The position numbers and the translations under genes are program-made. The notes below the pieces were generated by a model. The model ran no database searches. It worked only from the letters and a program-made list of their open reading frames with translations, and was not told where the DNA came from. 64,000 nucleotides of DNA from Candidatus Sulfomarinibacteraceae bacterium (GTDB lineage: Bacteria; Acidobacteriota; Thermoanaerobaculia; Thermoanaerobaculales; Sulfomarinibacteraceae), in contig CAWCLO010000010.1 in the NCBI GenBank assembly GCA_963796455.1, positions 384,001 through 448,000 on the forward strand, read 5' to 3'. Below, piece after piece: positions 10,216-19,786 of the stretch (its first letter is position 1; the number at the start of each line of letters is the position of its first letter).

Positions 10216-12017
10216 CGAAGCGCCTCAGCAAGTTCTTGAAACTGCCACGCCGGGGCGCCGACAAGTTCCCGTTCATATCGATTCAGACCCTGGCGGCCAC
10301 TGAGAGCCGAGGATTCATTCGCTCGTTCCAGCGCGCGCCGCGAATTCGTGACATCACCCCGATCGAGTTCGATTCGGGCTAATAGGAGCCACGCCCTGAC
10401 CGTATTGGGCTCTGCTTCGGTGGCCCGGAGGGCAAGGACCAACGCTCGTTCGATCTCGCCCAGACCCCTTTCGAAACGGGCCCATTCCAACCAGTGCCAC
10501 GGTTGGTGTGGTTCGAGTTCTGTGGCTCTCGCGAATGCCGTGCGCGCTCCTTCCACACTGTCGGGCCATGGTCCGAAATCGACCACGATCCTCGAATGAA
10601 CCATGGCCAGGCCACCCCAGGACGAGGCCGATCCCGGCTCCACCGTCACCGAACGTTCAGCGTGAGCAAGCGCTTCCGCGGCCTCGTTCCAGGTCCATTT
10701 TGTCGCGGCCAGAAGCCGGCGCACACGCCATTCCGATGGCGCCGGGAACCAGGGTTCAGCTCGAATCGCCTGCTCGACCCGGGCGGGATCATGCTCGGAG
10801 GTCGCCCATTTCCACCGCGCCCAGGAAGGCTGGACCAGCCCAAAGAGGACGACGAAGGCGGTGACCAGCCCAGCTACCAGATAGGATCGTCGCCCAGGAC
10901 CGGTCTGAACCCTGGTCCCCTCGCCGCCACCTGCAGCCACCTCACACAAGCCAAAAGCGACTGCCCACCACCACAGGACGACACCAACCGTGATCAGATC
11001 ATGAAACGCGAACATCATCCCCGCGGCCGCCAGCAGACCGCGAAGCGGAGCAAACGAGAACAGACCAGATTTCCTCATCCTGCCAAAACACAGAAAAGCC
11101 AGGACCAGGACCAGCAGAAATCCGACAATGCCGGTCTGCACGAGGACCGCGAGCGGCGTCGACTCGGCATAATTGATCAAAAACTGTCGCTGGCCGATGT
11201 GCTCGGGATGCAGGATGCGAACCGGGCCCGCGGCATCCACCAAACCGCCCGCGCCGACCCCGGCGATGGGATGCTGCATCCACAAATCCAGGACCGCCCA
11301 CCAGATTGCCGGTCGAAACCACGCCAGGAGATCCGGTTGACTGAAGAGCCTGATCGCGAGCACCCCAAGTGCGCCCGCCCCACCCACCAGCAAAACTATC
11401 AACCGCTGTCGTCCTCGCGGCCACATGACGGCAAGAGCCGCCAGCACGGCCAGCAGCCCGGCCCGCGACCCGGTGAGCACGACGCCGAGCACCACGAACC
11501 CAGCCACAACCAGTCGTATTTCGCGGCGCGAGATCACTCCCGGAACGAAGACCATCGGCAGGCTCACCACCAGCAGCGACGCGGCCACATTTGGATTCTC
11601 CAGAAAGCCACCGACCCGGAGCTGACCTAAACCATAAGCCTCGGCCACAATTCCAAGGGCCACCACTACCGCACCGGCAACCAGCAGGCCGATCACTATT
11701 CGAAGGAATTCAATATTCGTCCGCCGGGCGCCGAGCCATACGATCCACACGACGACCCATGTCGTCACGACTTCTCGAGCGGCCAGAGGATTGTTGCCGA
11801 TCATCATCGCGGCCACCGCCGCCCAGACCAGAAACGCGAGACCGAAACCTTCTTCAGGGATCAGTCGCCCTTGAAAGGTCGCGGCAATAGCGAAGCCCGC
11901 AACGGCCAAAACGAGGCCTACGATGATCCTCGGACCCGGGTAGAACGCGCCACCGAGAATTGCGGCGGCCACGACCGCAAAGACCGCCGTCAGCACGGCG
12001 GAGTCAGCGATCTTCAT
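10212..12017 (-). CDS. O-antigen ligase (Wzy_C) family protein with C-terminal TPR-like region
   Basis: GGFLENPN, LTGSRAG, R..IW......W..HP..GVG.G and TG..G motifs; TPR-like tail; start set at MKIADS. Confidence 0.75.
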   Translation of the reverse strand: MKIADSAVLTAVFAVVAAAILGGAFYPGPRIIVGLVLAVAGFAIAATFQGRLIPEEGFGLAFLVWAAVAAMMIGNNPLAAREVVTTWVVVWIVWLGARRTNIEFLRIVIGLLVAGAVVVALGIVAEAYGLGQLRVGGFLENPNVAASLLVVSLPMVFVPGVISRREIRLVVAGFVVLGVVLTGSRAGLLAVLAALAVMWPRGRQRLIVLLVGGAGALGVLAIRLFSQPDLLAWFRPAIWWAVLDLWMQHPIAGVGAGGLVDAAGPVRILHPEHIGQRQFLINYAESTPLAVLVQTGIVGFLLVLVLAFLCFGRMRKSGLFSFAPLRGLLAAAGMMFAFHDLITVGVVLWWWAVAFGLCEVAAGGGEGTRVQTGPGRRSYLVAGLVTAFVVLFGLVQPSWARWKWATSEHDPARVEQAIRAEPWFPAPSEWRVRRLLAATKWTWNEAAEALAHAERSVTVEPGSASSWGGLAMVHSRIVVDFGPWPDSVEGARTAFARATELEPHQPWHWLEWARFERGLGEIERALVLALRATEAEPNTVRAWLLLARIELDRGDVTNSRRALERANESSALSGRQGLNRYERELVGAPAWQFQELAEALR

Positions 12018-13671
12018 CGACGCCCCCCCCATCGAGTCGCAGTACGAGATCAACGTAAAAGGCCTGTGCCTCTTCATTCGACGGCCGCGCATGGCGCGAA
12101 ACCCACGCCTCGGAAACCGCGGTCGGCGCCATGCCCGACGCCAGCGCCAATCGCGCCCAGAGCCCGGCAAGCGCAGACGATCGAGGGCGCAGGAAACGCC
12201 CGTTCTCGAGCTCGGATGCCGCAATTCGGAGCACATCAGGATCACCCGATTCGATGGCGCTCCCCGCAATCAAGGCTAGAGGATCGACCCTCCACGGCGC
12301 GAGCCGACGTGCTTCGAGACCGCCCTCGAATCGCTCCAGCGTCGTGTCCGCCACGGCCGCAGATTCTGCCACCTTGATGGAGGTTGCATGGAGCATCGTC
12401 CCGGCAACAGCCAGGGTCGCAGCGACCACCGCCACGATCCGTCCCGGAACCGCCGCGGCAGCGGTGGAGTCGCGGCGCCGGGAGGCCATCGCCCAACCCA
12501 CCAGAATCGCCCAAGGCAAGGCCACTCCGGTCGTATAGAGCGAAAAATCGACCAGATTGTGAATCGGTATCACCATCACCGCAACCGACAGCTCCGGGTG
12601 TTCGCTCCAGAGATCTCGGGCCAACCGAAGGAGAAAAATCAGGACAAATCCTGCCGCCAGCAACCCGAGAGTGCCGAGCTCCGAGAACCACTCGAAAGGC
12701 AGAGAATGGGCGTGTCGCGGCCGATTTCCGACCGAAAACGGAACCGCCTGGGCCGCCTGGGCGAATCCACCGACCCCCACTCCCGCAATCGGTGCCGTCG
12801 ACCACACCCAGGTTGCGGTCCGCCAATTGTCGAGTCTGAGCCGGAAGGGCTCCAACTCCATCACATCACTGCGGCCGACGACGGCGGAGACCAGAAGCAC
12901 AAGCAAGAGCGGGACGGCCCACCACAACTTCCTTCGTCCGCGCGATGCCGCAAGCAAAAGACACGCAGCAAGGGCCAGTGCGATTCCGATTGGCGAGCGA
13001 CTCAATATGAGGCCGACAACACAGAGCAGAGATCCCAGAACCCATGGCCACGACCGGAGCCGGAGATGAATCCGCGCGAGGAGCAGTGGCAGCGCCGTCG
13101 CCAAGAGGACCGCAAGGTGGGAGGGGAGCGTGAGCGATGCAAAGGCCCGCCCACTGGCCAGTCGTTCGGCCGCCGCCGCACGGATATGATCAGGAAGCTG
13201 GGCGAGAATCGCCGCGGCACGCTCCGGTCCGGCGAGAACCTGCTGCAGTCCCCACAGGGCGAGAGCGGAAATTACCAGCGCAAGCACCGCCGGCCAGCAG
13301 TCCGGAGGTCTTCTCCTGGAAGCCAACCATATGAGGGCGAGAACAGCCGCCAGGAGAGCCAGTTCGCCGACGGCCGATGCGGGGTCCCATCCCGAGAACC
13401 CCGAAGCGCAGAGGACCAAAAAGAGAGACCCGAGCGCCAGCCACCTTTCGAGAGGGACTTTCCTCGTGCGCCGCCAGCCCCAGATCGTCAGTGAAAAAAC
13501 GAGGACCGCAACAAGAACGGCGGAGAATGGAAAGGACTCCACCGGCCGCCAGGCAATCCAACCGGCAAGGCCGAGAAGAACGAAGGCGGCTGCTGACGGG
13601 CGGCCCCGAGAGGATTCCGGCCGATCTTCGAGATTGTGAGTCGCGCCGTTTGCGTTCTCCGGCACCATCAT
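12004..13671 (-). CDS. O-antigen ligase (Wzy_C) family protein
   Basis: RAFAS...PSHL, LSRSP.G, RLDNW......W...P..GVG.GGF, HAHS..FEW.SELG and HNLVDF motifs. Confidence 0.8.
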   Translation of the reverse strand: MMVPENANGATHNLEDRPESSRGRPSAAAFVLLGLAGWIAWRPVESFPFSAVLVAVLVFSLTIWGWRRTRKVPLERWLALGSLFLVLCASGFSGWDPASAVGELALLAAVLALIWLASRRRPPDCWPAVLALVISALALWGLQQVLAGPERAAAILAQLPDHIRAAAAERLASGRAFASLTLPSHLAVLLATALPLLLARIHLRLRSWPWVLGSLLCVVGLILSRSPIGIALALAACLLLAASRGRRKLWWAVPLLLVLLVSAVVGRSDVMELEPFRLRLDNWRTATWVWSTAPIAGVGVGGFAQAAQAVPFSVGNRPRHAHSLPFEWFSELGTLGLLAAGFVLIFLLRLARDLWSEHPELSVAVMVIPIHNLVDFSLYTTGVALPWAILVGWAMASRRRDSTAAAAVPGRIVAVVAATLAVAGTMLHATSIKVAESAAVADTTLERFEGGLEARRLAPWRVDPLALIAGSAIESGDPDVLRIAASELENGRFLRPRSSALAGLWARLALASGMAPTAVSEAWVSRHARPSNEEAQAFYVDLVLRLDGGGVDEDR

Positions 13672-13757
13672 CTCATCGGTCCTGCGGGGATTCGAGAGCT
13701 CTTTGTCACCACCTCATCTTACCGTGAGGTTGCAGCCGCCGCGCCGAGCGGGCCCGG

Positions 13758-14184
13758 TTTCCCATGTTTGAAACAAAACCGCTCTTTTCCCGGAGTGAGT
13801 CTCGGAAAACGCACCTGGACAGCGACCGCGGTCGGGGTCAGCGAACAGTAGTCAGCGTCAGGGTTCAGTCATCAGCGGCTGTCTTCAGCGACGGCCTCTC
13901 CAGTACAGATGGCACAAAACGCTCAATTCAGGAAATTGGGTTCAGCAATCGCCAGGTCAATGGCACGGACCTGATCTCTGCCGCTGATTGCTGAATACTG
14001 ATCGCAGTTCCCCGTCCCTGATCCCTGTCGCTGCCGCTGGCGCTGGCGCTGGCGCTGGCGCTGCAATTCGGGCACGGACACGGACGTGGGGCAACCGCGA
14101 ACGGGATATGCCATGAACCAACCCGTTCACTACGTGCTGTCAACCGGGCAACTTGACATGATGATTTGTTTTGGACAAATGTGA
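13758..14184 (-). mobile_element. Copy A of four-helix-bundle-derived TIR-bounded element (most deleted copy)
   Basis: Left end tcacatttgtccaaaaca (14167-14184) matches copy C 15/18; about 110-nt leader shared with copy C; (CGCTGG)4 on + at 14035-14058; frameshifted DQVRA/TWRLLNP remnant at 13928-13976; degraded right end at 13758-13775 aligns to copy B. Confidence 0.65.
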
Positions 14185-14247
14185 AGCACACCGCTGAATA
14201 CAAACCAGCGTCGATCAATCGGCAAACACCTCAAACACCTTTGGGAC

Positions 14248-14276
14248 AAAAAAGAAGGGGGCACCGAAGTGCCCCC
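14248..14276 (-). terminator. Intrinsic terminator of pilin gene
   Basis: Minus strand GGGGGCAC-TTCG-GTGCCCCC followed by TTCTTTTTT, 22 nt after the stop codon. Confidence 0.85.
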
Positions 14277-14298
14277 AACTGAACAGTAGTAGATCCGA

Positions 14299-14766
14299 TC
14301 AGTCGGTTTGGATACCTTCCGGATAGGACACAAAGCTGCCATTCGAGTACACAATGTCGCAATCCATGACGGAGGTGACACGACCGTTGAAGGTCGAGCT
14401 GTCGAGGGCCGCCTCAGTTGCCTTGTCGCGGGTTGCCGACAAGATCGTGTAGAAACGGGATTCGGACTTGGCGTAGAACGTCGTCCGCCAGCCATCCTGC
14501 CTCGGCACTGTCTTCACATAGGTCGGCTCCAGATGCTTCTGGAAGGCCGCACCAATCGCTGCCTCGGTCTGGGTCGGGTAGAAAGCCATATCCACGGCGT
14601 AGGCTTCCACTGAGGTACCAATGGTCCTCATGTCGGCCATCGACCTCTTCTGGCGACCACGGTTAATGGCGTTCAGCAGGTTGGGGATGGCGATTGCGGC
14701 AATAATGCCGATGATCGCCACCACGATCAGCAGCTCGATCAAAGTAAAACCACGATTCTTTCTCAT
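14299..14766 (-). CDS. Type IV pilin / GspG-like prepilin
   Basis: MRKNRG|FTLIELLIVVAIIGIIAAIAIP class III signal with E5; strong AGGAGG RBS; own sigma54 promoter and terminator. Confidence 0.9.
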   Translation of the reverse strand: MRKNRGFTLIELLIVVAIIGIIAAIAIPNLLNAINRGRQKRSMADMRTIGTSVEAYAVDMAFYPTQTEAAIGAAFQKHLEPTYVKTVPRQDGWRTTFYAKSESRFYTILSATRDKATEAALDSSTFNGRVTSVMDCDIVYSNGSFVSYPEGIQTD

Positions 14767-14800
14767 TTCTGTTGCCTCCTTTCACGGCAATCCTCGGTAC

Positions 14801-14816
14801 TGCAAGCGCCATGCCA
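14801..14816 (-). promoter_or_regulatory. Sigma54 (-24/-12) promoter of pilin gene
   Basis: Minus strand TGGCATGGCGCTTGCA fits TGGCAC-N5-TTGCW with GG-N10-GC spacing, 34 nt upstream of ATG. Confidence 0.85.
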
Positions 14817-14941
14817 GGTTTCTGCCGGGCTTCGGAGTACAAAAAGTGACGCTGAACGTCAATCCAAGGATGGGAGGTCGCGCGCGGCGTCACTATTCAC
14901 GGAATTCAATGGTTTTCTGCGGATCTGCCGGCCTCGAACGG

Positions 14942-16174
14942 TCATTCATCCCACTGCGGACCGGATGACTCCCACGACAGGGGCGGTACCCAGACCCCCG
15001 GCCAGTCCTCCGCCGAGGTCACCCGCACCCGCACCGCCTCACACCAGTAGTCGTATGCAAGCCCATCCGCCGCATGAACCGCCACGTCCACCAGATAGTC
15101 TCCCGCTGCCAGCTGCAGCGAATCGTAAACACACGAGACCTCACCGTCTTTGGCCAGGCGTTTCGGCTTCAGGCCACCGAGTTCGGTGTTGTGTCCGCAA
15201 ACAAGGGTCCCATCAGCGCGATGCCACGCAATACCGAAGACAAAATCCTCCACCGGCTGATGCACCTTGTAGCGGATCACCAGGCGGCATCCGCTGCCAC
15301 TCGGTATCAGTCGTTGAGGATTCTCACCGACCACCGCCTCAGCGGCGAGGATCTCGACGTCACCGTTGCCCCATCTGCGCGATTTTGCTTCTCTGGATTC
15401 CGTCGTCTCGGTCGTGGGCTGACTTCCGTCCGGCCCTGCCGCATCGCTGCGGTACCTGGCAACAACGGCGTCACTCGGCCCCTGTGCCGCCACCCGACCG
15501 CGATCCAGATAAAGAGCCCGGTCCGCGAAGCCGGTCACCAGATCGAGATCGTGGGACACCAACACCATCGTCACTTTCTTCTGCCGCATCCGTGCCAGGC
15601 GGTCGAGACACCGGCGGGTAAATGCCTCGTCCCCCACAGCGAGGACCTCGTCGATCAGCAACACATCCGGCTCGGCTGCCACGGCCACCGCAAAACCAAG
15701 CCGAACATACATACCCGAAGAATAGATCTTGACGGGTTGGTCGATAAACGAACCGATATCGGCGAAATCAACGATTTCGTCCATCCGGTCCTCGACCTCG
15801 CGCCGCGAAAGACCGAGCAGCATGCCGTTGATGAGGACATTTTCACGACCGGAGATCTCTGGATGAAACCCGGCCCCGAGTTCGATCAGGGCCGTCACCC
15901 TGCCACCCACCGAGACCGTACCGGAGGTGGGCTTCAAGATCCCACCCGCAAGTTTGAGGAAAGTCGACTTGCCGGACCCGTTCGGTCCGATCAAGGCAAC
16001 CGCTTCACCCGGTGAAACCTCAAGATCGACACCATCGAGAGCCACGTGTTCCTGGTCGCCCCTGGCCTTGAAACTGCGGTGGAAGAGCGCCCCCTTGAGC
16101 GTTTCGTGCCGACCCCTCGGCCCCCGCCACCGGTAGACCTTGCGAACCCCCCGAAAAGAGATCTCGCCCCTCAC
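14942..16174 (-). CDS. wzt: Polysaccharide ABC exporter ATPase with Wzt C-terminal domain
   Basis: GPNGSGKST, LIELGAGFHPE.SGREN, YSSGM.VRLGF, DEVLAVGD and C-terminal RWGNG domain; GTG start overlaps the wzm stop. Confidence 0.9.
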   Translation of the reverse strand: MRGEISFRGVRKVYRWRGPRGRHETLKGALFHRSFKARGDQEHVALDGVDLEVSPGEAVALIGPNGSGKSTFLKLAGGILKPTSGTVSVGGRVTALIELGAGFHPEISGRENVLINGMLLGLSRREVEDRMDEIVDFADIGSFIDQPVKIYSSGMYVRLGFAVAVAAEPDVLLIDEVLAVGDEAFTRRCLDRLARMRQKKVTMVLVSHDLDLVTGFADRALYLDRGRVAAQGPSDAVVARYRSDAAGPDGSQPTTETTESREAKSRRWGNGDVEILAAEAVVGENPQRLIPSGSGCRLVIRYKVHQPVEDFVFGIAWHRADGTLVCGHNTELGGLKPKRLAKDGEVSCVYDSLQLAAGDYLVDVAVHAADGLAYDYWCEAVRVRVTSAEDWPGVWVPPLSWESSGPQWDE

Positions 16175-16971
16175 ACCGCCTCCACCAGGGTTTCCCGATA
16201 TCGACCGAAGATCAGAGTGCCCAACCACCACGAAACGAGACCGACGACATAGGCCGTCAACCACACCCTCGGCGGCGACACGACACCGCTGAATACCGTG
16301 TCCCGGTAAATGGTGACCAGACTCGCCAGCGGGTTCAGCAAAAGTATGCGATGCAGCAGGGCCGGCACCTGCAAGCCTTCGAGGCTGTAGATGATCGGCG
16401 ACGAAAAGAACAAGAGATTGAGAAGATGGCTCAGAAGATCGCGCAGATCCCGATAGTGCACCGAGAGCACGGAGATCGCCATCACCGCGCCACCGGTCGT
16501 GAGAACCCAGGGCAGCAAGGCCAGCGGCAGCGCGCCAAAGGTCCATGGAAACGGGTGCAGCCCGAAAGCGGCACTGACCACCATTGCCAACAAAAGGACC
16601 GGGAGAGCCAGCAGGTGGTGCACCAGGTGCGACACGATCGTCACCGCCGGGAAAATCTCTGGGGGACACATGACCTTTGCCATGAGCGGTCCGTTGTCGA
16701 CCAACGTGATCGAGCCATCGAGGACGGCGCCGGAGAAAAACAGCCACGGCAACAGGCCACTGAAAAGGAAAAGGGGGTATGGATCCGCCCCCGGAAAACG
16801 GGGGCTGAAAATGTATGTGAAGACCACGGCATACACCGCTAACAGCAACAGGGGGTTCAGCAGCGACCAGAAAAAACCGAGGGCCGAGGCACGATATCGG
16901 GCGTCGAGATCACGCCGTACGAGAATCGCCACCAATGAACGGTGCCGCCACAACAATCGAAGCGTTGTCAC
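16171..16971 (-). CDS. wzm: Polysaccharide ABC exporter permease
   Basis: RD..ARYR.S.LG.FWSLLNPL, RDL, F.SPIIY and LNPL motifs. Confidence 0.9.
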   Translation of the reverse strand: MTTLRLLWRHRSLVAILVRRDLDARYRASALGFFWSLLNPLLLLAVYAVVFTYIFSPRFPGADPYPLFLFSGLLPWLFFSGAVLDGSITLVDNGPLMAKVMCPPEIFPAVTIVSHLVHHLLALPVLLLAMVVSAAFGLHPFPWTFGALPLALLPWVLTTGGAVMAISVLSVHYRDLRDLLSHLLNLLFFSSPIIYSLEGLQVPALLHRILLLNPLASLVTIYRDTVFSGVVSPPRVWLTAYVVGLVSWWLGTLIFGRYRETLVEAV

Positions 16972-18149
16972 TACTCTCCGGACTTCATCAGTTCCTGGAC
17001 CTGATTGATAATCCGGCGCCGCTCGGTGTCGAGATAGCGCTGATAGCTCAGGACCTGACCATCATTGACAATGAACATCTTCGGATAGTGCTTGACGTCG
17101 CCATGGTCGTCGAAGAGGATCGGACCGGTCACACCCATCTGTTCGGTCACACCGAAGTTGAGGGCCTTGAGAATCTCGGTCGTCGCCGGCGGTTGGGCGA
17201 TGGTCATCACCTGAATGGCGATTCGCATCGCATCGTAACCGTGCGCGGCAAAAACATCGGGGGCACGCTGATAGGTGTCCATGTACCGGTTGACAAAACT
17301 GACAACCGGCTCCTTGTCCGTCGTGCGATCAAAGGGCGGCAAGGGAAAGAGCAGACCCTCGGCAGCAGCTCCCGCATCTCGGATTACCTGGCCGCTGTAA
17401 ACCGCGGAGGTTGTGATGATCCTGCCGGGAAAACCGGATTCGCTCAGAAACTGCAAAACCTCGAGGATCTCGCCTGCATATCCGACGACGTAGGCCGCCT
17501 CAACGCCGTTGCCGTCGAGATATCCATCGGCTGTGGACCGCCAACCATCCTTTGTGACATCGACTTCCGCTGCGACCTGACCGCCCAGAGACTCCTCGTA
17601 CTGTTTGAGGAACTCCGGCAGGATGCCCCGCGTGTATTCGGTGTCGCCCGTAAAGAGAAGCACCCGATCCTGGCCGAGCTTGGCGTTGATGAAATTGGCC
17701 GCGGTGTGACCCTCGAGTTCGTCGGACGGGTAGATCCTGAAGAACATGCGGGACATTTGCGCCAACCCCGGCGCCGACGCCGAGGGGGAGAGGGTCACGA
17801 CATCGAGATCGTCGAGCAGTGGAATGATGGCCATGGCCTCGGCACTGGTGGCCCCACCGATGATCATCCTCGCCCCGTTTTCCTCGACCATTCGGCGCAG
17901 CACCAAGGCCGCTTTCGCCGGGTCACTCTCCGTGTCCCCCCAGACGACTTCGAAACCGGTCGGGAGCTCCGCGTGATCTCGGGCATCGGCCAGGGCGAGT
18001 CGAATTCCGCTCTCGATCGATTCACCATAGGAGGAGGCGGCCCCGGTCGATGGCAGCATCACCCCAACGATGGGCTTCCCGCTGCAACCACTCAAAAACC
18101 CGGCCACGAGCAACACTACAGAAGCAACCACGCCCTTGTGCCGTAACAT
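16971..18149 (-). CDS. Lipoprotein with LivJ-type periplasmic-binding fold (LppC/LpoA-C-like)
   Basis: Lipobox LSG|C; IVGVMLPSTG, DTESDP, IIGGATS, AAHGYDA and GVTG.I.FD..GD motifs. Confidence 0.7.
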   Translation of the reverse strand: MLRHKGVVASVVLLVAGFLSGCSGKPIVGVMLPSTGAASSYGESIESGIRLALADARDHAELPTGFEVVWGDTESDPAKAALVLRRMVEENGARMIIGGATSAEAMAIIPLLDDLDVVTLSPSASAPGLAQMSRMFFRIYPSDELEGHTAANFINAKLGQDRVLLFTGDTEYTRGILPEFLKQYEESLGGQVAAEVDVTKDGWRSTADGYLDGNGVEAAYVVGYAGEILEVLQFLSESGFPGRIITTSAVYSGQVIRDAGAAAEGLLFPLPPFDRTTDKEPVVSFVNRYMDTYQRAPDVFAAHGYDAMRIAIQVMTIAQPPATTEILKALNFGVTEQMGVTGPILFDDHGDVKHYPKMFIVNDGQVLSYQRYLDTERRRIINQVQELMKSGE

Positions 18150-18263
18150 GCATCCACCTCCAGGATTGCGGTCAGGTTAGCACAGCGAATGGTCTTCCGA
18201 TCGGACTCCGGAGGTCGCCACACGCCCCTTTCGAGACCACTTCTCAGCTTGCTTGGTGACGGC

Positions 18264-19121
18264 TCAGCGGCCGCTCAACAAATCGAAGATCTGGCGCTTT
18301 TTCAGACCGAGAATCTGGGCGGCCCGTCGCATCGCATCCGGTCGGGTCAGGCCGTCGGAGATGGCCCGATCATATTCAGCCTGTGCGACCTCAGGGCTGA
18401 CAATCACCTGCTCGACCTCGATTTTGCTCGGTCCCACCACGATGACGTATTCGCCCCGCGGGTTGGAAACCTCGTCGCTTTCGGAGATCTCGGCCAGAGA
18501 GCCCAACAGCGAACGCTCGTGTCGTTTGCTGATTTCGGCGAGCAATGTGGCCTCCCGATCAGGCCCGAGGATCTCGGCCATATCGGCCAATTCGCGCTTG
18601 ATGCGGTGAGGCGACAGCAATACCACCAGCGTCCACCGGACCTCGGCGAGCTCGGTGATGCGGCGGCGGCGCGGACCCGCACGCGGCGGTAGGAATCCGC
18701 ACAGGGTCGATGGCAGGGGCGGCTGACCCGAGGCGGCCAGGGCAGCCGTAAACGACGAGGGGCCGGGAACGCTGCACAACGGAAGACCGGCTTGGCGGAC
18801 CGCCCGAACCAGGGCAAATCCCGGGTCGGACAAAACCGGCGTGCCGGCATCGCTGGTCAAGGCCACCGAGTTGCCGGCCATCAGCATCTCGACCAGTTTC
18901 GCCACCTGTTGGTCCTCGTTGTGCTCGTGAAGACTCTTCAGCCGACCGCGGGTCGGGAGACCATGATGGCTGAGAAGGGTCCGTGCGCGCCGCGTGTCCT
19001 CCGCGAGAACCAGGTCGACCCGTCCCAGAATCTCCTGCGCCCGTTCCGAGAGATCGGCAAGAGTTCCGATCGGTGTCGCGACGATCCACAGTGTTCCGGG
19101 GCCAGTTTGGGGTGCAGACAC
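18264..19121 (-). CDS. rsmI: 16S rRNA (cytidine1402-2'-O)-methyltransferase
   Basis: IVATPIG.L.D.S.RA, AEDTR, SDAGTP..SDPG, EISK.HE and PRGEYV motifs. Confidence 0.92.
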   Translation of the reverse strand: MSAPQTGPGTLWIVATPIGTLADLSERAQEILGRVDLVLAEDTRRARTLLSHHGLPTRGRLKSLHEHNEDQQVAKLVEMLMAGNSVALTSDAGTPVLSDPGFALVRAVRQAGLPLCSVPGPSSFTAALAASGQPPLPSTLCGFLPPRAGPRRRRITELAEVRWTLVVLLSPHRIKRELADMAEILGPDREATLLAEISKRHERSLLGSLAEISESDEVSNPRGEYVIVVGPSKIEVEQVIVSPEVAQAEYDRAISDGLTRPDAMRRAAQILGLKKRQIFDLLSGR

Positions 19122-19138
19122 GCTGCTATGATATCAGG
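19122..19138. promoter_or_regulatory. Bidirectional extended -10 promoter between two divergent GTG starts
   Basis: + strand TGcTATGAT then 6 nt then GTG(19139); - strand TGaTATCAT then 6 nt then GTG(19121); starts 18 bp apart. Confidence 0.6.
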
Positions 19139-19786
19139 GTGAAACGGGTCCTCTTCATGCTCATCCTCCTGGCTTTCAGTCATTTCGCCGGCGCTATCGA
19201 GGACGAGTGGCAGACCGTGGAAGAGGTGCTCGGGGTCGTCGGCAATACGCCGGTTCTTTATAGCGATATCGAATTGGCGAGAATCCTGCGGTTGATTGAT
19301 CGTGGCGACGAAGAAACCGAACAGGATTTCAGATCGCGGCTTCTCGATGCCAGGATTCAGCTCGAAATCGAGTTTCGGGAACTCGAGGACAGCGGCATCC
19401 TCTATCGCCTGGAGCTCGAATCCGACCAGGTTCGCAGCAATCTGATCGCTCGCGCCGGTGGCGAAGAAACCCTGGGCGTCGCCCTTCACGAAGCCGGTCT
19501 CGTGTGGCCGGATGTCGATGAGTTGGTGCTGCGGCTTGCGGTGGTCGATGCCTTTGTCGAACAGCGGCTGCGACCGCGGGTCACCGTGACAATCGAGGAG
19601 ATCGAGGCGGAATACCAGGAACTGCTGGTCAATCAGATCGCGGCCTCGGACGAATCGGTTCCCCCTCTGGCGACGGTTCGAGAACACCTCCACCAGATCC
19701 TTGTCGGGCGAAAACTCAACGAGGAGATCGCGTTGTGGCTCGAACGCGCAACGGCTCGGCAGGAGGTTCTTCGCTTCGGATATTGA
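19139..19786 (+). CDS. Secreted SurA N-terminal-domain-like chaperone
   Basis: Signal peptide VKRVLFMLILLAFSHFAGA; VEEVLGVVGNTPVLYSDI, VTVT.EEI..EY and W...A...Q pattern. Confidence 0.6.
   Translation: MKRVLFMLILLAFSHFAGAIEDEWQTVEEVLGVVGNTPVLYSDIELARILRLIDRGDEETEQDFRSRLLDARIQLEIEFRELEDSGILYRLELESDQVRSNLIARAGGEETLGVALHEAGLVWPDVDELVLRLAVVDAFVEQRLRPRVTVTIEEIEAEYQELLVNQIAASDESVPPLATVREHLHQILVGRKLNEEIALWLERATARQEVLRFGY

Noticed and set aside
13923..14114. 63-aa ORF with QRQRQRQR tract as a real protein
   Set aside because: The translation derives from the (CAGCGC)n arm of element copy A, and its end is out of frame with the remnant gene
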